Shown here one piece after another: positions 22,387 through 32,661 of a DNA stretch of 64,000 nt (positions are counted from its first letter, which is position 1; each line of letters begins with the position of its first letter). Below the pieces are notes generated by a model. The model did no database searches. It had not been told where the DNA came from and worked only from the letters and a program-made list of their open reading frames with translations. A program made the position numbers and the translations under genes. Source of the stretch: Candidatus Freyarchaeum deiterrae (lineage in GTDB: Archaea > Asgardarchaeota > Jordiarchaeia > Jordiarchaeales > Jordiarchaeaceae); NCBI GenBank assembly GCA_037305845.1, contig CP147778.1, positions 384,001-448,000 on the forward strand, given 5' to 3'.

Positions 22387-23079
22387 TTAGATTTCGAAGA
22401 TTCTTCCTTCGCAGTTTGGTTGGTCAAATTTTTCCAGACTGTAGTCAATGGGCTTTCCTGTTATCACGCTTATCCCTGCGGTGTTTCCCATTAGTACGAT
22501 GCATTCCTGTTGCTTTTTTAGTCGGGTTATTCCCTCGTTAATCATTCCTTTGCAGGCATCTTTGTAGGGACAGCCCTCAGATACATCTTGGAAAATAACT
22601 TGGTCTGATCCTTGTAACATGCGTTGGGATACTGTTGCTTTAGTTAAGATAGCCATTTCAATGTATGCTGAAAGGGCATCGAATATGTTTGTTATTTTAC
22701 CTTTGTACTGGTTCAGTATTCCAGAGTCTTCAATTATTTTTCTTATTGCTGTTGAAGCTACGCTTTTTGCACCAGAAGCTGTGGCTCCTTCAAACATTTT
22801 CTCAGCCTTAGCAATTCCAAAAAGCAGAGAGTTATAGCCCCTGGGGTATTTGCTCTTGCTTTCTGCGATGTACTTTACTACCTCATTTATGTCTTCGGTT
22901 CTCCCTTGGGGATTCTCACCAGTTTTGTCAGATTGGAACTTTAAGGCATACTTTGCAATCATTTTTTTAAAAGCTGGTCCAAAGATATCGCCGATTACCC
23001 TAATTGCTTCATTAATAAGAACTAATGCCGTGTCGAAATCGAGAGCTACATTTATCACCTTTTTTTCGCTTTCTAACAT
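22387..23079 (-). CDS. Hypothetical protein with possible V4R-like Cys-containing C-terminal domain
   Basis: 230-aa ORF with upstream TATA; CPYxxxC...C...C pattern in the C-terminal part. Confidence 0.55.
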   Translation of the reverse strand: MLESEKKVINVALDFDTALVLINEAIRVIGDIFGPAFKKMIAKYALKFQSDKTGENPQGRTEDINEVVKYIAESKSKYPRGYNSLLFGIAKAEKMFEGATASGAKSVASTAIRKIIEDSGILNQYKGKITNIFDALSAYIEMAILTKATVSQRMLQGSDQVIFQDVSEGCPYKDACKGMINEGITRLKKQQECIVLMGNTAGISVITGKPIDYSLEKFDQPNCEGRIFEI

Positions 23080-23110
23080 TTTAAAACCCTCACTTTTTTT
23101 TATATAAATA

Positions 23111-23127
23111 ATATAACATAGTTATAT
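23111..23127. promoter_or_regulatory. Perfect palindrome ATATAAC-ATA-GTTATAT upstream of the V4R-like gene
   Basis: 7-bp inverted repeat in an AT-rich promoter region. Confidence 0.3.
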
Positions 23128-23247
23128 AAATTTTATATATAAGTTTTATGAGTTGGAGATAGCTCTGTATCGGCAAGTTTGAATGAGCATGTTACTAATT
23201 CTAAAAGGGAAATGACAAAAGACTTATTTTTTTAAGAATCTTTTTAA

Positions 23248-23721
23248 CTAAAAGTCAGAAGGTTCCCGGCTTATTTCCTGGTAAACCTCAACCGCCTGGC
23301 TGAGGAGCCCCTCAAAAAACGCCTCATCTAAAATATTTCCTTTACCTATTCCAGAACAGTCTGAAGAAGCTTTGAACTCAAATAAGTTACCCTTCCTCTC
23401 TATCCAAAAGGGAAAACACCTGCATATCAGGGGCCTAAAATCATAAATTTTGCAGGTTTTATCTTCATCCAGAAAAACACATTTCCCATCAACCATTCTC
23501 ATTAGAAACCTAAAAGGATGATAACCCCGAATCTTCTCCGTAAAGTCCTCTCTCTTGAATCTGGAATTTTTCTCTATCCTCAATGTATCGAGATCACTAA
23601 GGAGTATTCTCCTATCTCTCACCTCGGTATGAGCACAGCACCTAGAACATCTTTGACACTGAAACCTAATGCCTTTGGGAAACTTTACAACCTTGCTCAA
23701 ATTATCTACTCCGACCGCCAT
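23248..23721 (-). CDS. YkgJ family Cys-cluster protein
   Basis: CQRCSRCC, CVFL, CKIY..RP.ICR.FPF; start ATG 23721. Confidence 0.88.
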   Translation of the reverse strand: MAVGVDNLSKVVKFPKGIRFQCQRCSRCCAHTEVRDRRILLSDLDTLRIEKNSRFKREDFTEKIRGYHPFRFLMRMVDGKCVFLDEDKTCKIYDFRPLICRCFPFWIERKGNLFEFKASSDCSGIGKGNILDEAFFEGLLSQAVEVYQEISREPSDF

Positions 23722-23876
23722 TTCGGCTAAAATATACAGATTCTTCACAACGATTAGGAAGAAGACATATTTTTTATTTTGGATAAGACTTAAATCATTT
23801 AGAATTATCTCTTTCATAGTAAAATATTTTGTGAGGAATAAGGGCTTGTTCATTTAGTATCTGAGGGATTAAAGAG

Positions 23877-25397
23877 ATGTCTGAAGGGGAAAAATTCAGA
23901 GACCTTAGTCCAATATTCGAACCCAAGTCTGTGGCTCTAATCGGGGCTTCAAACAATCCTCTCAAATGGGGTTGGGTGATTCTCTCAAACATCTTGTCTC
24001 ACGGTTATGGTGGAAGTGTTTATCCCATTAATCCGAAAGAAGATAAAATTTTGGGTTTGAAGACTTATCCAAATATTCTGCAGGTTCCCGAAGAAGTGGA
24101 TTTAGCAATCGTAGTGAGACCGGCTGAGGACACCCCTCAGCATATCAAAGAGTGTGTGGAGAAGGGAGTAAAATCCGCAATAGTTTTAGCCGGAGGTTTC
24201 CGAGAAGTCGGCAAGGAGGGGGAGAGGCTGGAGAGTGAATTAGTGGAAATAGCCCACAAGGGAAACCTGCTTATTGTGGGACCGAACACTATGGGTGTCT
24301 ACAGTGCTTCGGCGAGTCTTCTGGCTATAATGAGCCCCATAAGAGTTTTGAAGGGTAAGGTTTCCGCCCTCTCCATGAGTGGAAACATCGGAGTTAATCT
24401 ACTCTCCATGGGCAGCACGGAGAACGTGGGGTTCAACAAGTTCGTAAGCATAGGCAACCAGGCGGACATTACACTGGAGGAATACCTGAAATATTTCGGA
24501 GACGACCCCGAGACGAAAATCATTCTCCTCTACATAGAGGGTCTACGTAAGGGAAAAGAATTCATGGAGGTCGCAGAAGAAATAACTACAAAAAAGCCCA
24601 TAATAGTCCTAAAAGCCGGTAAATCCCTTGCGGGAGCCAAGGCTGCACGGTCACACAGCGGAGCCCTAGCCGGTTCCAACATGATCTATGATGCTGTCTT
24701 CAAACAGTCCGGAATCATTAAGGCGTCAACCATTAATATGCTGCTTGAACTGGCGAAGGCATTCGTTCACATGCCATTACCGAAGGGCAACCGGGTGGGC
24801 ATAGTTAGCTGGGGAGGAGGATACGGCGTCGTTGCAGCAGATGCATGTGATGACTCTGGGCTGGTAATCCCCACTCTTCAGGACAAAACAATAGAAGAAT
24901 TTGATAAGATACTACCCCCATACTGGAGCAAAGGAAACCCAGTAGATCTAGTAGGAATGCTGGACAGAAGCGTACAACCCAAAAGCCTGGAAGTAATAGT
25001 AAAAGACGAGAATATCGACGCAATCATAGTCTCAGGATTTCTTGTGGGAGGCAGCGGCGTTAAATTCGCCTCTCCAGAGACTCTGAAAAAGGGTGTAACC
25101 ATTACCGAAAAGGGTGTAACACTTGATGACAAAGGCGTTTCAATGGAAGTGGTGGCGCAGAAATGGCTGCGCATGTCTGATGAACAGAACATGGAAAAGG
25201 TAAACGAACTGGTGGAAAAGTACCAGAAACCAATCATAGCGGTAACCCTAACCGAGGACACTAGAGCAATACCCAAAGCGTGGGAAAAAAACACAGTAGT
25301 TTATCCCTCCTTGGAAGTTGCAGCGGAAGTTCTAGCCAAAATGTACGAATATAAAAAATATCTAGACAAGAAAAGTAATAAAACTCTAGTAAGTTAA
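23877..25397 (+). CDS. acdA: ADP-forming acyl/acetate-CoA ligase alpha subunit
   Basis: PKSVALIGAS, GPNTMG, SIGNQAD, SHSGALAG phospho-His motif, NPVDL. Confidence 0.9.
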   Translation: MSEGEKFRDLSPIFEPKSVALIGASNNPLKWGWVILSNILSHGYGGSVYPINPKEDKILGLKTYPNILQVPEEVDLAIVVRPAEDTPQHIKECVEKGVKSAIVLAGGFREVGKEGERLESELVEIAHKGNLLIVGPNTMGVYSASASLLAIMSPIRVLKGKVSALSMSGNIGVNLLSMGSTENVGFNKFVSIGNQADITLEEYLKYFGDDPETKIILLYIEGLRKGKEFMEVAEEITTKKPIIVLKAGKSLAGAKAARSHSGALAGSNMIYDAVFKQSGIIKASTINMLLELAKAFVHMPLPKGNRVGIVSWGGGYGVVAADACDDSGLVIPTLQDKTIEEFDKILPPYWSKGNPVDLVGMLDRSVQPKSLEVIVKDENIDAIIVSGFLVGGSGVKFASPETLKKGVTITEKGVTLDDKGVSMEVVAQKWLRMSDEQNMEKVNELVEKYQKPIIAVTLTEDTRAIPKAWEKNTVVYPSLEVAAEVLAKMYEYKKYLDKKSNKTLVS

Positions 25398-25418
25398 GAT
25401 ACTATAAAGGTGGTTACA

Positions 25419-25799
25419 ATGGAGAGAGAGATAATCGAGAAGGTTATGAAAACCCTTCAATCAATGAGTGACTTCAATAGGGTGGAGTTTGTGATACTCT
25501 ACGGTTCACAGGCAACGGGGGAGGCTTGGGCAGAATCTGATATCGACCTCTGCGTTTACTACAGAGCGGAAGAAAAGAAAGAGATGTCTAGGTTCAGACT
25601 AAGGCTTCTGACAAAGCTTTCCAGCGACAGATACGATGTACAAATTTTCCAGCTCCTTCCACTCTACATTCAGGTAGAGGTTTTGAAGGGAGAAGTGCTA
25701 TATGCTAAGGATCTAGACTTTCTCTACGAAATAGCACTAAACGCGGTTAGAGATTATGAGTTGTTTAAGCCTTTACTCGACGACTATCTCTACAGGTGA
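25419..25799 (+). CDS. mntA: Minimal nucleotidyltransferase (MNT antitoxin)
   Basis: GS-x10-DID motif; directly upstream of the HEPN gene. Confidence 0.88.
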   Translation: MEREIIEKVMKTLQSMSDFNRVEFVILYGSQATGEAWAESDIDLCVYYRAEEKKEMSRFRLRLLTKLSSDRYDVQIFQLLPLYIQVEVLKGEVLYAKDLDFLYEIALNAVRDYELFKPLLDDYLYR

Positions 25800-25804
25800 A
25801 GCTC

Positions 25805-26236
25805 ATGGTGAGAACTGAGATATTAATGATAAAAATGAAGGAAACTGAAGAGAGCCTGAAACTTGTAGAAGAAAATATGCCGAAAGACTTGAAGAGTTTT
25901 CTTAAATTGGGGCTGGTTAAAGATGGCATCTATAAGAGAATAGAGTTCTGCATACAAAACATTCTCGACATTTGTGCAGTGATAAACTCTGACCTGAAGC
26001 TCGGAGTTCCCTCTAATGAGGACAATATAGTAGAAAACCTTGTTAAGAAAGGAATTCTCTCTGGCAAAACGGGAGAGATTGTTAAAGGATTCAAAGGTTT
26101 TAGAAACTTCCTCGTACACAGGTATGGAGGAATTGATGATTCGATAGCCTTCGAAAGCATAGTGAAAGGGCTAAAGGATTTCTCTAAAGTTTTAAAAGAA
26201 ATAAAAGAATTCTTAAAATCTCCCCCAGAAAAATAG
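25805..26236 (+). CDS. hepT: HEPN (DUF86) RNase toxin
   Basis: R-x4-H-x-Y motif RNFLVHRY; start ATG 25805 or GTG 25796. Confidence 0.88.
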   Translation: MVRTEILMIKMKETEESLKLVEENMPKDLKSFLKLGLVKDGIYKRIEFCIQNILDICAVINSDLKLGVPSNEDNIVENLVKKGILSGKTGEIVKGFKGFRNFLVHRYGGIDDSIAFESIVKGLKDFSKVLKEIKEFLKSPPEK

Positions 26237-26460
26237 CGAAGAAAGCTCAAGTATGTGGCTATCAGGACGCGGTGGTTATGAAGAAGATGGAAATACCGGA
26301 TGCGGCTAAAAGGTTAGAAGAAATTTATAGAAAGGTTGATTCTAAGATCACCCAATATAAGGAGTTAAGTGACGAGGAGATAAACGAAATAATCCAAGAG
26401 TACAGAAGGAAGAAGAGGACTCCAACGAAGGTCGTAGAATAAGGATTGTACTCGATACTT
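26237..26460 (+). pseudogene. Remnant of an AbrB-like antitoxin (ORF 26278-26442) and the first codons of a PIN toxin
   Basis: DAVVMKKMEIP...LSDEEINEIIQEYRRKK followed by overlapping RIRIVLDT, after which similarity is lost. Confidence 0.55.
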
Positions 26461-26539
26461 CCAAATCAAATTATTTAATCCCCAAAATTAAATTATTTTT
26501 AACAAGCTAAGACGCTGAAAAAAAATAAAAAGGAGAGAT

Positions 26540-28701
26540 TTATGCTCTGTGTCTCAACAGGACGACAGCAGCCACCGCTACCATCACAACAGCAATCGCT
26601 CCTCCAGCCAGCAACAGTGTGGAGACAGAACTCTGGCCCTGCGAAGAGGAGTAATAGAGTAGCCAAGGGGTTAAGTTAATGCCTGCCGCTTGAGGTATCC
26701 AGGTTTCACCCATTATTGTATTGACTGTGCAATTTTGGATAATCACGTTTGCCATATTGGGATAATTAGAAATCCCAATAACACTATTGATAGTGGATGG
26801 AGCCGACGTATTTCCAGTGCAGGTCAACATTGCGGAGTCATATACCGAAAAGATTACGCCCGTTATATTTGACAAGCTCGCGCTACACTGGTTGTGCAAA
26901 TAAATAATGCTAGTAGCTGTGTTTGTTGCGCTAAACTTGGAAAAGTCATATATATCAATTGTGTTAAGGAAAGTAGTGTTCTTCGCGCTGAGCTGAGAAG
27001 AGCCGTACGTATTAATTAGGCTGGCTATTGTGTTGTTTTGAGTGTTTAGATTTGCATGGTCGTGAAGATATACATTGACTGATGGAAGATTTCCACTAAT
27101 CGTAGCGGTATTTGTGCCAACAACCGCTAAAGAGTTCAGGGTGGCATCTCCAGAACCTAAATAATCCCAGCTAGTTGAGTAAATCCACGGACCACCAAGA
27201 ACGCCGTTGACAACTGACACGTCACCATTACTCCTCGCAGCGACGCCGACATTCGTGATAGGGAATTGTTAATAGTCATAACAGAAAGATCATAACCATA
27301 GAAGTCGGCCATTGCACCACCAGTTGCGGACACGTTTAAAATGTTTACAACCGACGAATCGTAGCTGTTCACAACGAGAGACCTCGTACCTGTGAAATTA
27401 ACGTATTCCACATCTATCGTAGATTGATTTTGCGCATTGAGTGTTAGATCAGTGCCACTTAAAAGTGTGTTACTGTTCTTGAGTGTTCCTGAAGATTGGT
27501 CAGCCAGATGCACATAAGCTCCAAGGCTGGCGTTTACGTTCTGTAGACTGAGACTAGAGTGTGCCAAGCAGTAAATATCAAAAACTGAGATATTGCTGTT
27601 TTGGAAAGCCATGTTAGAGTAATCGGTGCATTTAACAACTAGAAATATTGCCGAGGCGTTGTTCAAGTAGATACTTGAACTGTCGTAGGCTTCTATTCTT
27701 AAAGATCCTGCCGTATAGTTTTGCAGGTAAACTTTTGAGCTGGCGTGGGCGAACACATTCCATACAGTGTTGTTATTTGTTATGTTTACGGTGGAGCTGG
27801 CGAGAGCACAAACACTATTGAGAAGCGGAGTCGTAGTCGAATAACTGCCGTTTGTTAGGGTGGTGGTGTTTCTACAGTTACTCAAACCAGTAGGGGGCGT
27901 GGTTCCGTTAATGATGAGGCTTCCTCCATTGCAAACAAGACCGTAGTCGAATGATGCCGTAATCGTTGAGTTGTCTACCGTGATGTTTGTTGCTTCAGAA
28001 CTCCATAAACTGCCAATTGTGCAATTGTTAGTTATTTGTCCGGTTGCGAAGTTCCCGGCATTAAGAACGCTTACTTGGCTGTTGTTAGTTATCAGCATTT
28101 TTGAAGAATCTAGGGTATTAAGAAGGATTACCGTGCAGTTATTGGCGTTCAGGTAGCTGTTATCATAAAGGGTTAATACGTTACTAAGACCACCATAAGG
28201 TAGCCGGGATCCCGACAGGTAAATTCTTGAATTGTCGTAAGCAACCATGTAGCCTGTTATGTTGCAGTTGTTAGCGGTTACCACAGACGAGTTATAAGTG
28301 AATACGTCAGAGAGAGTAGAATTTATGATGGTTACCTGGGAGGAGTCGTAAATATACAGTCTAACTGGGGGGGACATATAGTTGGTGTTGTTAATGGTGA
28401 TCTGGGAGGAGCCGTAGACGCTTATCCAGTTTAGTCCACGAGCTGTGGGATTTGTGTTAGTTTCGGTGGTGTTGGTGAAGGTTCCATTTAGTACGCCGTT
28501 GTTAATGGTGGCCACGCTGTCCATGTATCCTATACCATCACCCAGACCGGTTACGGTTGAGTTTGTGACGTGTATGAAGGGGGCGAGTGTAACCTTTTCC
28601 ATGGGACTGGAGGCTACAACGTAGTGTGACCCTGCGAGAACTGGAGCAATGCCTAAGCAGAGCAAAAGTACAATAAGAACTGATACAAGTGTCTTTTTCA
28701 A
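26540..28701 (-). pseudogene. Secreted Asn/Ser/Thr-rich beta-helix-like surface protein with C-terminal TM anchor, split by a frameshift near 27260
   Basis: Signal peptide in 27157..28701; ~10-aa repeats of the YDSSxxxIxN type continue in 26540..27220; one extra base near tccctatc joins the frames. Confidence 0.75.
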
Positions 28702-28994
28702 TCCTTTTTACTCCCCAAATTTTTACTCAAATCCTAGTTTATAGGATAGGGTATTTTCTATTCTTTCTTTTAATAAAAAAGGTTATCTGTTGCGGCATCT
28801 ATCTTCTAATTTATTTATATTCCTTTTTTAGGCGCCTCTCTGGTTTTTCTTGTATAGCGGCTCTGATTAGTTTGAAGCCTGCTTCTTATTTTGAATACTT
28901 TCGCCCACCTCTCCCCCCTATTTCTATGTAAGCTTAAACAGAGTTTTTCTCAAAATTAAGCTTAAAAAAATCCACGCTGAGGATTCCATTGTCT

Positions 28995-29007
28995 AAAAAG
29001 TATATAA
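28995..29007 (+). promoter_or_regulatory. BRE/TATA promoter of the RadA-like/PolB2 operon
   Basis: AAAAAG-TATATAA about 30 nt upstream of ATG 29037. Confidence 0.55.
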
Positions 29008-29036
29008 TTTTTTTAAGAACTGCTGGAGTAGAGATT

Positions 29037-29927
29037 ATGCTCACCGGCTATGATGAAAACCTAACAGTTGACAATCCGAACACTATGCATAATTTCTCAC
29101 AACCGTCAGCTGAATCTCTCTTTGAGAGGGAGTTAACAGACAAGTATCATAGCGCCTTAGACCTCTACTGCAGAAATCTCAACGCTGGAAGGTTAACCAC
29201 GGGAAGCTCTCTCTTGGACTCGCTAATCGGTGGAGGTGTGGAAACCTCAACTTTCACCCTCCTCTACGGTGACGAAAGAATCCTCCAAATACTGGTGCAC
29301 AAACTACTCGTCAACGCCCTTCTCGACACCAGCAGGGGAGGCTTCGCGTCGCCCGCTGTTTACGTCTGCTGCAGCAATTACCGAAAAGAGAGAACGGTGC
29401 TCAACACCTACTACCTCGCAGACATAGCTCTAAGCGCAGGCGTAAACCCCACAGCAGCCTCAAGAAATATCCATGTTTCCATGGCCTTTAACCCCCTGGA
29501 AGAATACATCATAAGCAGAGCGACGGAAAGAGTGGTGAGAAAAACAGGCTCTAAGCTTATCCTAGTGGATAACATCGCTCTCCTGCTCTGCGACGAAAAA
29601 ATGAGAGAAGAGTTTCCAGACGTAACCCTGACATCAGTGGTGGGTGGCTTCTGGGAGGCAGCGTTCAGAAACGACGCCGCACTGGTGGTCACCTGTAGAG
29701 AAGTCCCGCCCAACCTCAACAAAAACCAGTCCATTCCCATGCCTGAGGGCGGCTCTGTGCTAAGCCAGAGAGCAGGAGTAATTGTGTACCTGCGGGTTGG
29801 ACGTCGTCGAAGAGTGTCTTTCGCGAAAGCCTACCTCCGCAAGCATCCCTCTTTAGCGAACCGAGAGGTAACCTTCACTTTCAACCGCTACAGCATTTCT
29901 GATGATTTGGTGATGGAGAGTTACTGA
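29037..29927 (+). CDS. RadA/RecA-fold protein with degenerate Walker A (PolB2-associated, probably inactive ATPase)
   Basis: LTTGSSLLDSLIGGG, Walker B LILVDN, GG motif; P-loop GKT replaced by GDERILQ. Confidence 0.82.
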   Translation: MLTGYDENLTVDNPNTMHNFSQPSAESLFERELTDKYHSALDLYCRNLNAGRLTTGSSLLDSLIGGGVETSTFTLLYGDERILQILVHKLLVNALLDTSRGGFASPAVYVCCSNYRKERTVLNTYYLADIALSAGVNPTAASRNIHVSMAFNPLEEYIISRATERVVRKTGSKLILVDNIALLLCDEKMREEFPDVTLTSVVGGFWEAAFRNDAALVVTCREVPPNLNKNQSIPMPEGGSVLSQRAGVIVYLRVGRRRRVSFAKAYLRKHPSLANREVTFTFNRYSISDDLVMESY

Positions 29928-29928
29928 T

Positions 29929-30222
29929 ATGGGTAGGATTACTGTTCCCTTCCGAGCGGAGTTTAACGAGGTGCTCGATAGGCTGAGGAAAACTTTCTAT
30001 GAGGCTCTCGTTGACCCAGAACGTCGGGAGGCTTTCGACGAGCTGGTTAAGGCGTGGTCTGAAACCAAGGGTGCCATGAGTTACGCTGAACTTCCCTCGG
30101 TTCTGCTCTCTCTTCTCTTCAGTGCTGTTGTGGATAACCGGAAGGAAATCCTGCTCCTCAAAAAGAAACTACTCGAGGGAACGGAAGAGAATGAAAGGAT
30201 GGATAACCCAGAGCTACGTTGA
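29929..30222 (+). CDS. Small helical protein typical of PolB2 operons (arCOG07300-like)
   Basis: N-terminal MGRxTxPFR signature; lies between the RadA-like gene and PolB2 with tight spacing. Confidence 0.75.
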   Translation: MGRITVPFRAEFNEVLDRLRKTFYEALVDPERREAFDELVKAWSETKGAMSYAELPSVLLSLLFSAVVDNRKEILLLKKKLLEGTEENERMDNPELR

Positions 30223-32356
30223 CGGAAACCGGGCGGTCAACTGGCTGAGAACACCCCAGGGCTCTGTCGAAAAGGTGGAGGAAACTTACTACCCTGACTT
30301 CTACGCTCTGCCCCGAAGAGACCTGAACCTCGACGGATTCTCCTGGCTGCTGGGAGAGGAGCCCAGAATAGTTAACGCTGAGGTCGAGGAAAAGTATCCC
30401 GATCTGAGGATGAAGAAGAAAATCAGAGTGATACATGTTCGCACAGAGTCTCCCAGAGCCTTCCGAGAAGTCATCCGCATACTCAGAGTACGTAACGCGG
30501 TCAGAAAACTCTATGGAACCGACATAACACCCATTCAAAACTACCTCTGCTCTCGAGACTTCGCTCCCACAATGTTTGTAGAATGTAAGAATCACCAGTT
30601 CACACGTATAGAAGACCCCGAGGAACTCGCTCCACCACCCCTAACCAAAATACTCCTCAGAGTGCAGGTTGATAAGAGTGGGATTTTAGCTAATCCGGAA
30701 CGCGACCCCATCAAGAAGATTATCCTACGAGATTCCGGAGAGGGAAACGAGGAGCTGAGTGGAAGTGAAGAGTACATTCTGGAAGCTCTCCAGAGAACAG
30801 TGCGGAGCCGGGACCCCGACATAATTGTAGCTCCGAATCACCCCTTCAGAAATCTTCACTACGTTGTTCAGAGGGCAAAAATCTTGGGAGTGAACCTAAA
30901 CCTGTCTCGAGGGAACGGCGACTCTGATGCTAAGTCTGACTCACTTCCATGGAGCAGTTGGAAGGGAAGAACCTGCATCTCCTTGGGGTCGTTTAAAAGG
31001 TCGGGACTTACGGGTCTGAGTGAACTCTGCCGATTCGGAATGATTCCCCTGGGATTGGCGGCCAAGTGGGCTTCGGGAAGACTTGTGGACTGCAGACAGG
31101 TTTACGAAGCTATGAAGCTCGGAGTCCTCATACCGGAGGCGAGGAGCTACAATAACTACTTCAGAACTCTGGAGGAACTCTACCTACAGGATAGAGGAGG
31201 ACTGATCATATCTCCCAAGGTGGGTTTACACGAAAACGTTTGCGCACTGGATTTCGAGTCCATGTTTCCCAACCTGGTTCTCCGGAAAAACATAAGTTAT
31301 GAGACCTGTACGCCTGAGGGAATAGACTGTTCATGCAAGGGTTTGCTTCCCAGAGTGGCTGAGGCTGCCCTGGAGCGCAGGCTGCATTTTAAGCACCTCC
31401 GTCGAAGCTTTCCTGAGGGTAGTCCGGAGTACGTTTTTGCGGATCAGCGTCAGGAGGCTTTGAAGATGATGCTGGTCGTGATATACGGTTACAGCGGCTG
31501 CACCTGGAACCGTTTCCAGTACGTCCCCACTTTCGAGAGCATCAACCTGCACGGAAGAGAAATCCTCATCAGAGCCATAAACATCTCCATGAGGGAGGGT
31601 TTCCGAGTGGTCTACGCGGACACGGACTGCGTGTTCGTCAAAAAACCGGAAGCCTCAGAAGAAGACTTTATGAGGCTGGCAAAGCAGATATCCGAGGAAG
31701 TAAAATTTCCCATCGCTATAGACAATCTGTACCGTTTCTTGGTGCTGCTGTCATCCAAGTTGGATCCCTTGGTCGATGTTGTGAAACGTTACTACGGCAA
31801 GCTGTACGATGGGAGGCTTCATCAGCGGGGAGTAGAGCTCAGAAGGCATGACACGCCCAGATTCATAAAGAGGTTCCAGGAGGAGCTTATGGAGATGCTG
31901 TTCAACGCTCAGAACGCTGAGGGGGTAAGGGAGAATTACCGTAAGGTCTTGGAATTCACTCTTCAAACCTATAATCTGGTTCTTTCCGGAGAAATGGATG
32001 TTAGTGAACTAGTTGTGGAGAAAGCCTTGCACAAACCTGTAGGCGAATACTCGAAACTCTACCCCCACGTAGCTGCTGGTAAACAACTGGAAACACGCGG
32101 AATCACTTCCAGCGAGGGGCAGCTAATCCGGTACATCTACGTGAATCAAAGGAGCCCTAATCCTCTCACCAGGATCCAAGCTCTACCCTTATACGATGGT
32201 CGAAGCTACGACCGAGAAAAGTACGGTCAACTCGTTCTTGAGGCGGCGGAGACTCTCCTAGGAGTTTTCGGTTTTCATCGGGAGAAAAACGAGTTAAAGC
32301 CACTCCTCAAAGAGACCGCAGGCAGCAGTCAAGTCGATAAAAGAACTCTCTACTAA
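30191..32356 (+). CDS. polB2: B-family DNA polymerase, PolB2 group
   Basis: DFESMFP, KMMLVVIYGY, YADTDC, KRYYG, RGVELRRHD; exonuclease motifs degenerate; start ATG 30191. Confidence 0.88.
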   Translation: MKGWITQSYVDGNRAVNWLRTPQGSVEKVEETYYPDFYALPRRDLNLDGFSWLLGEEPRIVNAEVEEKYPDLRMKKKIRVIHVRTESPRAFREVIRILRVRNAVRKLYGTDITPIQNYLCSRDFAPTMFVECKNHQFTRIEDPEELAPPPLTKILLRVQVDKSGILANPERDPIKKIILRDSGEGNEELSGSEEYILEALQRTVRSRDPDIIVAPNHPFRNLHYVVQRAKILGVNLNLSRGNGDSDAKSDSLPWSSWKGRTCISLGSFKRSGLTGLSELCRFGMIPLGLAAKWASGRLVDCRQVYEAMKLGVLIPEARSYNNYFRTLEELYLQDRGGLIISPKVGLHENVCALDFESMFPNLVLRKNISYETCTPEGIDCSCKGLLPRVAEAALERRLHFKHLRRSFPEGSPEYVFADQRQEALKMMLVVIYGYSGCTWNRFQYVPTFESINLHGREILIRAINISMREGFRVVYADTDCVFVKKPEASEEDFMRLAKQISEEVKFPIAIDNLYRFLVLLSSKLDPLVDVVKRYYGKLYDGRLHQRGVELRRHDTPRFIKRFQEELMEMLFNAQNAEGVRENYRKVLEFTLQTYNLVLSGEMDVSELVVEKALHKPVGEYSKLYPHVAAGKQLETRGITSSEGQLIRYIYVNQRSPNPLTRIQALPLYDGRSYDREKYGQLVLEAAETLLGVFGFHREKNELKPLLKETAGSSQVDKRTLY

Positions 32357-32661
32357 TAAATAATATCCTAAAATTTCAGTCGTATAAAATCACTGTCCAA
32401 GGGCTGGGACCTAATAGAGGCGTTTCAACTGCAGTATTTTCTTTCCTACTAGTGAAATCTATAAAAGTTGATAATTCTAAACAGCCAAAATCCTTTTTTT
32501 AAAAAACACAAAAAACTCAAATCAAGACAAACAAAAAAGAACAATTTCAAAAACAAAACATATGTTGCGCGTCTAGATGAAGTATGAAAAGGCTTTTCAC
32601 GGTAAATAATAAAAAAAAAGATGGAAGGCTTGGTTTTGCATCTTTTTCAATAGTCTTGAGG

